Assembly (NCBI GenBank): GCA_951406725.2
Contig: OX597821.1
Location: forward strand, 30,256,001 to 30,320,000
Reading direction: 5' to 3'
DNA from: Octopus vulgaris
Taxonomy: Eukaryota
DNA length: 64,000 nt
The notes under the pieces are model-generated. The model was given only the letters and a program-made list of their open reading frames with translations, searched no databases and was not told the DNA's origin. Each line of letters opens with the position of its first letter. Positions within the stretch are counted from its first letter, which is position 1. Positions 52,795 through 64,000 of the stretch are shown here, one piece after another. Made by a program: the position numbers and the translations under genes.

Positions 52795-53224
52795 GGATCT
52801 TTTCGGTTTCAACGGCAGTTTCTTCTAGCGGTGTCATATGAAATTGTCACCCATAATTATGACCCTTTCAACACCTTCAATCTGTTTTAGGGTTAGTATT
52901 AGTTAGGGAGAGTTAGGGTTAGTTAGGTCTAGTTAGGGTTAGAGTTAGGGTTAGGGGTGAGGGGAAGGGTATCTTTATTCTTCACAAATGTAAATAAACC
53001 CAATCTGTTTCGTAAACGAGGGACATATTCATACGGCACAGAATGGTTGAAATTGCAGAAATTGAAAAAAAACAACAACAAATATCTTACAAACTATAGA
53101 ATTTTCTCAATAAAGCCAAGAGAAAAAGATATTTTATAAAAACATTCTACCAGTATACGAAGTTTAAAATTTTTTAGTTACCTAAAAATTATGTTAAAAA
53201 CTGCCGTTGAGACCGAAAAGATCC
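52795..53224 (-). mobile_element. Full Merlin-like MITE with 8-bp TSD tatagtta and internal degenerate (TTAGGG)n
   Basis: TIRs ggatcttttcggtttcaacggcag / ctgccgttgagaccgaaaagatcc; TSD at 52787-52794 and 53225-53232. Confidence 0.85.
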
Positions 53225-53900
53225 TATAGTTATTTATAAAGATTTACAAGATAATACTGTTGTAATTTAATACCTCTTTCCTGCCTTTATTTGCCAACTT
53301 GGTGGCTTAATATAGGATTGGAATTTTATATTTTTAGAACGAGGCCGAATATATTTTTCGATTGTGTTTCACTTCGTGTTAAGGACATTTAAAACCGTCT
53401 ACCCCGATGACGTGTGTCTCTTTTCTCATAAGCAACATACACTTGTGATTTTTATTTCTTTGAAAGCGGTCTGTTCAACGCTTGTAAATGTGTATGCATG
53501 CATGTATGTATGTATTTATGTATGTATGCATTTATGCGTGTGCGTGTGTACGTGTGTGTCTGTGTGGGTGTGTGTGTAAATAAAAATATCTAAAGTTTCT
53601 TATAAATTCCCTAATTGAAATGTGAGCGGCTAAGAAAAGATAAAATACATGTGGGAGGAGACGCGGTCGTTGTTGGTGGCGATAGTGGGGACAAATAACG
53701 AACGTATGGCTCCATCGTTAACTTTAAGAATAGTCATCGTCGTGGGCTAAAAATGTATGCCTCCAGAACATGGATGCAGGATCAGGTCCGCTGCGAAAGC
53801 CTTGAGCAGATATCTTCTACTAGAGCCTTGACTTCAGGCGGACCAATGAAATGCGGATAAATCTGTCTGATGCAAACTGCCTGGAAATTCATCGTACCTA

Positions 53901-53931
<31 letters not shown>

Positions 53932-53932
53932 A

Positions 53933-54020
<88 letters not shown>

Positions 54021-54037
54021 CCTATCTATCTATATAC

Positions 54038-54150
<113 letters not shown>

Positions 54151-55043
54151 AAGACATACAGATGTGTGCATGACTGTATTGTTGCGTGCGTGTGTATGTT
54201 CGTATGTATCATCTGAGGCTGGTGCTCGCATTTGTTTCTCACTGCTTGAGAATCTACGTTAGTTTGCTTGTTTCCGTAAGTTAACCTTCCGCCCCGAAGT
54301 AATCGACAGATTGATTGATAGTATTAAAAAATAAGTACTGAGGATAGTTTGTTTGGCTATGTCGGTCAAGATAATATCATGCCACCGTCTATCCCCATGA
54401 GTGAAACACATAAAAGAATAAAAGTAAAGATAATTGTAATGAGGGAAAGTATGGGGAGTGAGTAAACGATAGTGATAGTAGAAGACTAAAGTGCAAGAGG
54501 TAATATATTAAGAATGTTACTAATCTGAAGAATATAATAAACTGGTAGCAAAGGGCAGATGGAACGTGATCAGAAGAGAGCAAATCAAACGAGAAAAATA
54601 AAGGGGACAATACCAACAAATATACAGTTCATTTCAAAAAGTTGTTCCTGACAGTAACAAATAGGACACATATCTCTGCATCATAACCTAGAATACGAAG
54701 GATGGTTTCAAAAGTTGATGTTCGTGTTACAGACTTTGTGACTTCACGGCCAAGCGTTCGGCTCTCCTTATCCAAACAGCCACCCTTTCATTATTTTTAT
54801 CCCATCAGTTTTTATATTTCTTATTCTATCTTCACTGATTTCGAGGTATATTTCCTCTTTTCATGATAATCAAAACATTGCAGCCAGTGTTATTTCACGT
54901 ATAATTTTACACACGCTCTATCTGAAACATTATCAGGTGGCTCAGCCCCTTCGTCTCCTTCTCTTAAGGCAGTGGAATGTAAGGTGAATGAAATTTAGCT
55001 CCCGACAACCTAAAGTTCTCTTAATGAAATGAATAAAGAGAAA

Positions 55044-55092
55044 GGATGAAAGCAACTGCGGATGAAAGCAACTGCGGATGAAAGCAACTGCG
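55044..55092. repeat. 16-bp tandem repeat, 3 copies
   Basis: ggatgaaagcaactgc x3. Confidence 0.9.
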
Positions 55093-55861
55093 TTAGTCTC
55101 AGGAATATTGTTCATGCATTATAACTGGGAAAACTGAATGGAAATCTCTATGCGCTTTTCATATCTGCATCTAAACTAATATCTAAGAAACCGAAGGCGA
55201 CATGGGAAACTTATATGCAAAGCTACGAATCTTTTTACTTCCTAAATATTGGTTAAATAATGAGTATCATTGTAGAAATGACTTCAGATATTAAAAAGTT
55301 ATTATTGAATTGTACTTGCTTCGCAGGGATTTTGGTATAAAATCGTATACTACAGCCTATTGAAACACTGACATCAGGGTTCGTCAAAGATGTTAGTTAC
55401 AGGAGGAAAAGTGTTGAAATTGTTGCATGTTCTCCCAGGAGGTGATATCAAAAGATAAACCTAGTGAGTGAGTGACGTGATTGAATGCCAGCGAGAAGCT
55501 AATAAAATGCACTGAATTGAAAAGGTGCTGCAGTGTGGGAGTGAGATAATGCGAAGTTCTGAAAATTTGTAGCAAGCTGGTATAAAGCAGAGAGTGTTTG
55601 AGACCTGTAAAAATATTTACTGTCTCGTCTCCTAGGTCTCATAGTGTGGTTATCCAGTTTTCATGGCGTATAAGGAACGGAAATTCCAACTCTGCCCTGA
55701 AAGGGGACACCAGTTCGTCCCAGTTTTACTCATTTACAACAACTGTGAAATGGAGCTTTGTGAAATGAAATGTATTCCTGCAGAACACACTGCAACACCA
55801 ATCTCGAAAGCAGGATCTATTGACCATGAATGGAACATCCTGACTAGAATGCCACACACCT

Positions 55862-56310
55862 TCTATTTCTTTACTACCCACAAGGGGCTAAACACAGAGG
55901 GGACAAACAAGGAGAGACAAACGTATTAAGTCGATTACATCGACTCCAGTGCGTAACTGGTACTTAATTTATCGACCTCGAAAGGACGAAAGGCAAAGTC
56001 GACCTCGGCGGAATTTGAACTCAGAACGTAACGGCAGACGCAATACTCCTACGCATTTCGTCCGGCATGCTAACGTTTCTTATTTCTTTATTGCCCACAA
56101 GGGGCTAAACATAGAGGGGGACAAAAAAAAGACAGACAAAGGGATTAAGTCGATTACATCGACCCCAGTGCGTAACTGGTATTTAATTTATCGACCCCGA
56201 AAGGATGAAGGGCAAAGTCGACCTCGGCGGAATTTGAACCCAGAACGTAACGGCAGACGAAATAAGACTACGCATTTCGCCCGGCGTGCTAACGTTTCTG
56301 CCAGCTCGCT
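55862..56310 (-). mobile_element. SINE family B, tandem dimer
   Basis: Two consecutive copies of about 217 bp. Confidence 0.9.
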
Positions 56311-57080
56311 GCTTTCATGTAGTGAAGCCCACACACCTTCACTGCATGAGATATGTAACAGGCGAGAAACAATTCCCCCCGCAAAAAAATGTAACTCAGA
56401 CATGTCTTTAACATTTCCAACTAGATTGATGATAGTTACTCCAAAATTGTAGAAGCTATTCGCGGATAAAGAATATCTGAATTTCCTGAGATTCAGCTAG
56501 TATACTCCAGATACGTCTATGTCTATTGAACTGATACGAACAATGAATCAATTGAGTACATTTCCTATAGATTCGATCCTAAATGCAGCTGGTGACAATA
56601 ATAAAAAGAAAAAAAAAAAACCAAAAACAAACGGAAGCAATAAATTTGTCTGTATGACGTCATTTCGACCTGGAGTAAGAAAATCTATTGATATAAATGT
56701 TGGTATTAGAACAGATTTAGATAATTCTATTGGTTACACATTCGTGGAGGACATATAAAACATATAAAACTAACGTTGATGTATTTTATTGGACAACTTT
56801 GGCCAAGACACACACAGAGACAGAGTTATTGCTAAACAGGATATCGTTAAATAATAACCAATTTCAAGCAAGAAACAGAAGGCAGATTACTTTTTTGTGA
56901 AGCATCAGACATATTTACGGACACAGAAGCTTTAATAGTTTTCTTAGAAAACTTTTAAATACACATGTGCATATACATATGCAAACATACATATACATGC
57001 ATATACATACACACACACACTCACACACACATATATATATATATATATATACATATATAAATACATACACACACACACAC

Positions 57081-57118
<38 letters not shown>

Positions 57119-57548
57119 ACATGCACACACAGATACGTAAGCATACACATACAATCTAAGAAGCATGTGAAGACCTAATACGATAGCTTTCTTACGCAAC
57201 AGGCGATGTCGCATTGTGTAAAATAATATTATAATTGAATAAATATACATTTAGTATATGACTGGTATTTCAGTTTATGAACCTCAAAGGAACACAAGTG
57301 AAATTCTAAGCAAGCAACATTTCGTGACTGACAGACAGACAGACTCGGAAATAAATCCTCTGAAAGTTTTACTTCGGTGTTCTGCTTTCCTGAACTCCTC
57401 ACCGTCACATTTCTATACAAACATACATTTATGAGCTATCGGTATACATACATATATCGTTACATGGTTCTCTATTCACATGCATAGCTCTATTCATTTA
57501 TATAACTATTCTTATATACATATATATAAATATGCATAATAAATACAT

Positions 57549-57631
<83 letters not shown>

Positions 57632-57728
57632 AATGAGGGTGAAAAATCGATATTAATTTAATAATACCATTAATTTAACACCAAGTGGCTTAGCAAAAAA
57701 ACTACGGAGAAAATACAAATTTATATAA

Positions 57729-58110
57729 ACTAGCAGTATCGCCCGGCGTTGCTCAGGTTTGTAAGGGAAATAACTATAAAGCATTTTTAGAGAGTTATAG
57801 CCAAAAAACAGCAAAAAAATGGAAAAAAATGATGGTAAATTTTTTTTTTAGTTAAAAAAACTGGAGTTGCGTCCCCTAGACAGTTTGCGGTTTGTGTTTC
57901 TGATTCTCGATCCCATGTTGAATTTATCGATTTTTTTCAGAACTGGGGGAACTTTTCAAAATTTTCGCTGCGTTAGTTTTGAATTATGACATTGGGCTAT
58001 GTGTGTGTCAAGTTTCATCAGAATCGGTTGAAAGCCGTGGTCAGGGTGATACGAGCAAACAGACACACAGAAACACGCACAGACAAACTGCCGTTTATAT
58101 ATAGAGAGAT
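57729..58110. mobile_element. Non-autonomous Helitron/Helentron-like insert
   Basis: actagcagtatcgcccggcgttgctc... terminus, aagtttcatcagaatcgg motif, (ACAG/ACAC)n and tttatatatagaga end; interrupts the array unit. Confidence 0.65.
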
Positions 58111-58247
58111 TATTAGAGAGTTATCCACTATGTGGATAAATCTAGTGCTAAAAATAGCTCCGAAGCAACCACAGAAGATCCGTTTCCAACTAGAACCAAC
58201 ACACATTTAACTGAAGGAAAGTGAAATACAACGAATAAAATAGATTG

Positions 58248-58323
58248 ACTCTATACAATTGTTTCATTACTAATGCAATATGTAGTTTTACTTACACTTG
58301 CATCCATAAATCTTCGGTAGAGT
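58248..58323 (-). ncRNA. Type I hammerhead, array copy 1
   Basis: Minus strand: actcta-CCGAAGA-(long stem II, atgcaa/ttgcat)-GAAAC-AATT-GTA-tagagt. Confidence 0.75.
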
Positions 58324-58702
58324 TCGTCAGAAATGCAATTAATTAGATCGATTCGAGCGTCAAAAACACGAGCGGTCCAACCAATTACATTTTTAGTTAC
58401 GTCTCAAATTCCGCGCCAAAAGCATGCCTAGACTCCATTGGAAACGTATGCCGCATCAAATAAAATATTAACTGCCGCATGGTTAAATTTATAAAATTAT
58501 AAATGAGGGTGAAAAATCGATATTAATTTAATAATACCATTAATTTAACACCAAGTGGCTTAGCACAAACAACTACGAGAAAATACAAATTTATACATTA
58601 GTGCTAAAAATAGCTCCGAAGCAACCACAGAAGATCCGTTTCCAACTAGAACCAACACACATTTAACTGAAGGAAAGTGAAATACAACGAATAAATAGAT
58701 TG

Positions 58703-58778
58703 ACTCTATACAATTGTTTCATTACTAATGCAATATGTAGTTTTACTTACACTTGCATCCATAAATCTTCGGTAGAGT
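58703..58778 (-). ncRNA. Type I hammerhead, array copy 2
   Basis: Identical motif 455 nt away. Confidence 0.75.
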
Positions 58779-59008
58779 TTGTCAGAAATGCAATTAATTA
58801 GATCGATTCGAGCGTCAAAAACACGAGCGGTCCAACCAATTACATTTTTAGTTATGTCTCAAATTCCGCGCCAAAAGCATGCATAGACTCCATTGGAAAC
58901 GTATGCCGCATCAAATAAAATATTAACTGCCGCATGGTTAAATTTATAAAATTATAAATGAGGGTGAAAAATCGATATTAATTTAATAATACCATTAATT
59001 TAACACCA

Positions 59009-59091
<83 letters not shown>

Positions 59092-59103
59092 TATGTATAT
59101 ACA

Positions 59104-59215
59104 TACGAGGGGTGTATGAATACTCGTGAGTCTCCCAAGAAATCGTATTTTGATGAAGGTACAAGACTTCAAAGTTCAAAGGCTTTGAAGGCTCAAAACT
59201 TTTTATACAACCCTC

Positions 59216-59220
<5 letters not shown>
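59104..59220. mobile_element. Mariner-derived mini-MITE in (TA)n
   Basis: ta-cgaggggtgtatgaa ... tttatacaaccctcg-(tg)ta terminal inverted repeats. Confidence 0.65.
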
Positions 59221-59304
<84 letters not shown>

Positions 59305-59306
<2 letters not shown>

Positions 59307-59491
59307 TCCTTAGCCACTACACACATTTTTTGTCTCCTTGTTTCTCTCCTTGTTTCTTTTGTGTCCCTTTCTGTAGAAGAGCGTAGACTCGAAACGTAAA
59401 ATACTTTTTCTATTCCTGAGCGTTATACTAATACATCTGCTTGTTTTGTACACCACCTGTCTTCATCTTTGTTTTTTTTTTCGTAAACCCT

Positions 59492-59495
<4 letters not shown>
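59305..59495 (+). mobile_element. Short pLTR-like repeat with a hammerhead-like motif at 59367-59402
   Basis: cttt-CTGTAGA-a-gagc(gtag)actc-GAAAC-GTA-aaat; homologous to 5400-5545. Confidence 0.65.
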
Positions 59496-59547
<52 letters not shown>

Positions 59548-59549
<2 letters not shown>

Positions 59550-59750
59550 CCTTTTATTCTCTAGTTTCCGTCATTCGCCTGCGGCGATGCTGGAGCGCCG
59601 TCTTTAGCCGAACTTATTATTTAGGACTTATTTTCTGTAAGCCTACTACTTATTCTATGGTCTCTTTTGCCGAACCGTTAAATTACTGGGATGTAGACAC
59701 ACTAACATCGGTTGTCAAGCGATGGAGGGGGACACAAACACAGAGATACA
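59548..59750 (-). mobile_element. SINE family A, 3' half
   Basis: ggtctcttttgccgaaccg...catcggttgtcaagcg. Confidence 0.75.
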
Positions 59751-59795
<45 letters not shown>

Positions 59796-59852
59796 CATCT
59801 CTTTCTGTGTCTCTGTTGGTCTCTCTTTCTTTATATAGATATATATGTGTAT

Positions 59853-59885
<33 letters not shown>

Positions 59886-59900
59886 CACACACACCCACAC

Positions 59901-59951
<51 letters not shown>

Positions 59952-60244
59952 CCGACATACATACACACATGTATATAGACCAACGTATTTGTCAATAAAT
60001 ATCAACAGGTTTTCTCTTAAGATAAACGTCACTTTGTCTGTAACAGTAACGTAGGAGATGATCAGTTTTATAATAGGACTATCTCTTTTAAGTCAAATAT
60101 GAAAACATCGGAAGCAAATACTATTAACTTGTTGAGTGGGCTGGTCACTCCCGAGAAACGCAGTTCACAGGATTTTCCTCCCGAAAACATAAGCATATGA
60201 ACGTTTCAAAATCGCATGTTGGTTTACACACACACACACACACA

Positions 60245-60310
<66 letters not shown>

Positions 60311-61419
60311 AGAGAAAAGCTAACATACATGGACTTAAATATGCACACATAGATATGGAAGTAGATAGAAGGATAGTCATATTTGCCTCTGTGCGAGTAG
60401 GCGTGTAGGCGTGTGTGGGTGTTTGTGTGTGTCTGTATGTGTGTGCATGTGGGCATGTGTTTGGCTATACGCACAATCAGTTCTCAGGATTTTTCCCCCG
60501 AAAACATAAACATACGAAAGCTTCAAAATCGCATGTTTGTTTACTAGAGAAATTAATTTTAGACGACTTTCAATATCGTAGTGAAAGGCCGCACACCCTC
60601 GAAGTAAATATCGATAAACATTTAGGATACATGTTTTAAAGAGTTATATATAATATTTGTATTGTAGGTTTGATAACTTTGAGCCAGAAACGCACAATAA
60701 ATGTCGTTTAATAATATGCAATTTCGAAAGCGAAACAATACAGTTTACTGTTTCGTGAACTATAGAAATATTTTACATTCACTGCAGCGTTTAACTGGTT
60801 TCCATTGAAATATATTTAAGTATATTGACATTCACATGCTTTCACACACATGTCGCCATGTGTATATATATACTCACCCTATATATACACACATAAGCAC
60901 ACACATAATTATACGTAAATACACACACTCATACAAGTTGATATAATGAAAGAGACACTAGCAGAAACACACGAGCACAAGTATATACATATACGCATAC
61001 GCGCAAGTATCCATACATACATACATACATACCTACATACATACACGCACAAGTATATACACAGATACATATATTTGAAGTCATAATATAATAAATTCCT
61101 AACGCACTAGGAGATGATGTATTGTGTAATATAATATTTTAATTGAATAAATATACATTTAGTACATAATCGGCATTTCCTCAGTCTGCAGACCTCAATG
61201 GAACACAAGTGAAATTTTAACCCAGCAATACTTTATGACAATCAAACTCGACAGATTCAAAAGAAATAAGGAAAGAGTATAAAGCACCCCCATCTCCATC
61301 TTTTCTCTCGTATTAAAGGAAAGATATAACTGACGTTTCACACAGTTGTTCGTAGTAATTAGGCGAAAAAGCGAAAAGGAAATAATAATAATAATAATTA
61401 TAACAACAACAACAACAAC

Positions 61420-61632
61420 AACAAAGTTCAAAATTTGACACAAGGCCTGCAGTTTTTGCATATGGGATAAGCTGATTGCAACGACCCCAGCGTTCGACTG
61501 TCACTTACTTTACCGATCCCGAAGGATGAAAGAGAAAATTGACCTCGGTAGAATTTGAACTCAGAATCCAAAGACGGTCGATATGATACTATGCATTTTG
61601 CCCGACGTGCTAATAATTTTGCCAGCTCACCG
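61420..61632 (-). mobile_element. SINE family B, diverged
   Basis: gacctcggtagaatttgaactcag...ttttgccagctc. Confidence 0.75.
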
Positions 61633-61703
61633 TAATAGTAATAATAATGATAATGATAATAATAATAACAATAATATTAATAATAATAATAATAATAATA
61701 ATG

Positions 61704-61757
<54 letters not shown>

Positions 61758-61760
61758 GTA

Positions 61761-61818
<58 letters not shown>

Positions 61819-61824
61819 TAATAA

Positions 61825-62352
61825 TTTGTCTTGGTATAAAAGATGGGCTTCAGCAAATATTCTGCTCAATACATTTGTCTTGGTATAAAAGATGGGCTAC
61901 AGCAAATATTCTGCTCAATACCACAGATTTGCTTGTCAGTTATTTGTCTGTAACCAGTTAAACATGTCTCTTAGTGGCTGACGATATGTGCATCTCTGAT
62001 CACGAGTAGAAGTAGTGGAGAAGCATCATAGCCATATGTTGAGAACGATTCTTTGGGGTTTGAATGATTCACCTCTGGAAACATGGCTGTTTCATTCAAC
62101 ATCCTTAAACAACCCTTAATCACGGACCTTTTGATTGGGATGGGTTACACAACCAGAAGAAAATTCTAACTGGGCCCCACCCGCAAGGTCATGCGCTGTT
62201 TATCTTGTTATGAGATCACCATGTCGCGCACATATGGTTGTGATGCATATGCCTGGTGTACCCTTATCAGACGGATAGTCATGATGGGTATACTGGGCTT
62301 CGTATATTTGTACCCTAGTGTCACTTTGATGGCATGCACTGCTCTCTCACTC
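61825..62352 (+). mobile_element. LINE-like 3' end with (AAT)n tail and a duplicated 5' junction of about 49 bp
   Basis: Related fragments at 41100-41270 and, inverted, at 9960-10025; ends ...ctctctcactc(aat)n. Confidence 0.6.
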
Positions 62353-62396
<44 letters not shown>

Positions 62397-62399
<3 letters not shown>

Positions 62400-62769
62400 T
62401 ATAAAGACCTACTCATTGAAATTGAGAAAATGTGGCATCTCAAGGCGGTCACAATACCAGTGATCGTAGGAGCACTAGGAATGATCAAGAAGGGAACCGA
62501 AAATTATATGAGAATGATCCCTGGCTTACCATCCCTGCAAGAAGTGCAAAAGATTGTCTTAACTGGTACATCACACATATTGAGAAGAGCATTGTCGATG
62601 TGAGAACTGTTGCTGCTCATGTATTTTAATTTAAAAAAAAAAAAATGAACGAACTATTGAGTTTGGTTTAATGGCCTATCAATGTATACTGAGTTTCTTT
62701 GCCCTAGGAGTCGGGAAGACACTCGGCAAGAAATGGAAGCAAATTTGAAAGAAGAAAAAAAAAAAAAAA

Positions 62770-62770
<1 letters not shown>
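62397..62770 (+). mobile_element. 5'-truncated R4/Dong-type retrotransposon in (TAA)n
   Basis: Frame from 62397: KYKDLLIEIEKMWHLKAVTIPVIVGALGMI...VQKIVLTGTSHILRRALSM*, then 3' UTR and poly(A); (TAA)n on both sides. Confidence 0.85.
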
Positions 62771-62800
<30 letters not shown>

Positions 62801-62822
62801 TTAATAATAATAATAATAATTA

Positions 62823-64000
62823 ATTCTTTTTTATTGGCCACAAGGGCTGACACGCATGATTACATAAAGGGACAAGACAGGACGAAAGGTTACAAAGGGT
62901 TTTGTCCGTTTGTTAAAAAAATCCGTGTAAAAAACTTTAAAGCAATGATTATTAAAAACAATGAAAAACTCCCAAAAGGGGAGACGTCTCGAAATGTTCC
63001 CGGTGGAAAAAACCCTACAAAAGCCAACGGGAGCCTGGTCAAAAAAAGGGGGTGTAGAGAGTCCCCTTTCTTCTCCCTTTACATTACCTTTTTCTTTGAA
63101 ATCACAGGCGAAACCTGAGAACTGGTCCATTTATACAGGCCAGTCTCGCACAATTCACCCACCTTTCATAAAACTTGCTATCGGACAGCACTTTCCTCTC
63201 TAACCTCATCTTCCTTTTCAAGTGAAACTTGAAAAAGTTGATGAGGCCTTGACCAAAGAGGAAAGTGTCTGACTTTAGCCCTTTCAAACGAGTCCACCAC
63301 ACGACTTCTTTCGCCACAGCCACAAGGCACAAGAAAACGGCCTCGCCCTCCTTGTTAAAGGAGGTCGGCGGGGCAATCTTCACTATGGATTCGGCCGATA
63401 GTCGGATCCGTCCTACACGTGACAGTAGCTGTTCGACATAAACCCATATTTCAGCAATACTCGGGCACTGGACGAGTGCGTGCAGAACGGTTTCGTCGTC
63501 CTGGCAACACCTCGGGCAGGCCCGGCTGACGGCACTTCCGTGCCGGTAGAGTTTATCTCGAACAGGCAGAGCCCCTCGGTAGCACTGCCAGGCGAGAGAC
63601 CTCTGGAAATTATCCATCGGCCCCGGCCCGAAAGTCCTCCCGAACAGACCGCACAGTTCGTCATCTTCAACGCCTAGAGTTTCCCCGAGAACGTCGTCGC
63701 ATTTTCCTCCACTAACCCTCTATAGAACGCTAGAGTGGAGCTGTAACCGACCGCATTGCCCGCCTGGCGGAGGGCGGAGAGGGCTTGACGGCACTCGAGG
63801 TGCCAAGCGCCCTTTCTCGGTCTACGTTTGATCCAGGTCTGCAGCTCCGTCAAAGAGACGAGCTGCGGAAAATCGCGTCTGACAAAAGACGACCACACCT
63901 GTTCACCGTCTAGGAAGCGCTTGAGATGCCGCAGCCTGAGCGCATGTCTGCGCAACAGCAACCACGGCATTCCAAGACCTCCGTTCAGCGGTCGTTGACA
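62823..64000 (-). mobile_element. Tx1/L1-clade LINE: ORF2 C-terminus (zf-RVT) and 3' UTR, frameshifted, continuing beyond the window
   Basis: GGLGMP...; CPRCCQDDETVLHALVQC zinc knuckle (ORFs 63102-63617 and 63674-63970). Confidence 0.9.

Larger units (their letters stand above)
57620..59009 (-). mobile_element. Retrozyme-like tandem array (unit about 455 bp, about 2.1 units, two hammerheads) inside (TA)n, interrupted by a Helitron-like insert
   Basis: tagtgctaaaaatagctccg at 58143 and 58599; ataaaattataaatgagggtg at about 57621, 58491 and 58946. Confidence 0.85.

Noticed and set aside
52885-52956. Possible true telomere or fusion site
   Set aside because: Short degenerate TTAGGG tract inside a TIR/TSD-bounded MITE present three times
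53395-53480. CCGATGA...GAAAGCGGTC hammerhead-like words
   Set aside because: No convincing stem I or stem II pairing

Overview
AT-rich eukaryotic non-genic DNA. The SINE set and extreme microsatellite load suggest a cephalopod, probably Octopus (inference). No host protein-coding exon is supported, and almost all listed ORFs are translations of (TA)n, (CA)n, (TATC)n, (GAT)n or (TAA)n tracts or of SINEs. The recognisable coding remnants are all mobile elements: a Penelope-like element (RT plus GIY-YIG), a Tx1/L1 3' end, R4/Dong-type fragments inside (TAA)n tracts, and decayed Tc1/mariner transposases. There are also three tRNA-derived SINE families, a Merlin-like MITE with 8-bp TSDs and degenerate telomeric repeats, and a Helitron-like insert. 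The main hidden signal is about 15-17 type I hammerhead ribozyme motifs, read by eye, in roughly 8 sequence families, most with a palindromic stem III. They occur in (i) non-coding elements built from 455-547 bp tandem or inverted units embedded in (TA)n (retrozyme-like; 24533-25790, 33979-34655, 57620-59009), (ii) short pLTR-like fragments, and (iii) a tRNA-headed SINE carrying a hammerhead (45306-45880, 49597-49870). Together they suggest a ribozyme-bearing, non-autonomous retroelement system mobilised by Penelope-like elements. No folding or database searches were run.
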